From a virus: a stretch of DNA of 52,092 nucleotides. The stretch is taken from IMG/VR virus record IMGVR_UViG_3300045993_000887, positions 1-52,092 of that record. One strand, 5' to 3'. The notes beneath the pieces were generated by a model, which saw nothing but the letters and a program-made list of their open reading frames with translations, had not been told where the DNA came from and did no database searches. Within the stretch, counting starts at the first letter, position 1; each line of letters starts with the position of its first letter. A program made the position numbers and the translations under genes. Shown here piece after piece: positions 52,053 through 52,092 of this stretch.

Positions 52053-52092
52053 TTTTGTGTATCTGACGAGAATAAGCAACACAAAAGCACCC
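51966..52092. repeat. Terminal overlap: exact copy of 1..127
   Basis: See feature 1..127. Confidence 0.95.

Noticed and set aside
1-52092. Looked for CRISPR arrays, canonical tRNA genes, rRNA, transposase/IS ends, a reverse transcriptase (DGR or retron) and an integrase.
   Set aside because: No regularly spaced short direct repeats with unique spacers were seen. There is no RT, transposase or recombinase motif in any ORF. The only IS-like trace is the InsA-type zinc-ribbon pattern in small ORFs, without a transposase.

Overview
The window is one complete, circularly closing dsDNA tailed-phage genome. It has 51965 bp of unique sequence, and the first 127 bp are repeated exactly at the end. 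It is almost certainly a cyanophage: the cyanobacterial HIP1 octamer GCGATCGC occurs at least 35 times by eye, where less than 1 is expected. All calls come from reading the sequence and the ORF track and from remembered family motifs. No database search was run.

Coding content:
- Morphogenesis: a Mu-like head set (small and large terminase, prohead protease/scaffold, capsid protein, gp36/DUF1320-like adaptor, MuF/SPP1-gp7-like protein, Mu G-like protein), but scattered. A DUF935-like portal sits directly after a 1313-aa tape measure protein. It is followed by fibre genes, one with a discoidin-type domain. A separate leftward tail-tip/baseplate block lies at 32865-36903.
- Replication (leftward block, 13483-23451): RecD/Dda-like helicase, Prim-Pol plus VirE-type primase-helicase, SF2 DEAH helicase, VRR-NUC nuclease, plus small RHH and Phd-like proteins.
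- Nucleotide and DNA modification: ThyX and three DNA methyltransferases (one Dam, two C5).
- Most unusual coding content (27515-32663): a rightward module of mostly membrane proteins behind a divergent RHH/HTH pair. It holds a membrane-anchored FtsK/SpoIIIE-like ATPase and a membrane-anchored M23 peptidase plus lytic transglycosylase.
- Not recognised: integrase, DNA polymerase, CRISPR array or canonical tRNA.

Non-coding highlights:
- Three near-identical TTGACA-N17-TATATT promoter cassettes drive leftward islands. A fourth such promoter points into a roughly 350-nt ORF-free, helix-rich region, a candidate ncRNA.
- The exact 12-mer TTGCTTTATTTT occurs six times. Five copies head late operons, and three of those lie exactly 8 nt before an ATGGC start with no SD.
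- An iteron-rich, origin-like intergenic region has a diverged copy inside the primase gene, and a perfect 48-bp palindrome lies beside it.
- A tRNA-like element carries a roughly 67-nt insertion in the anticodon arm.
- An A_AAA_AAT site joins two ORF halves.
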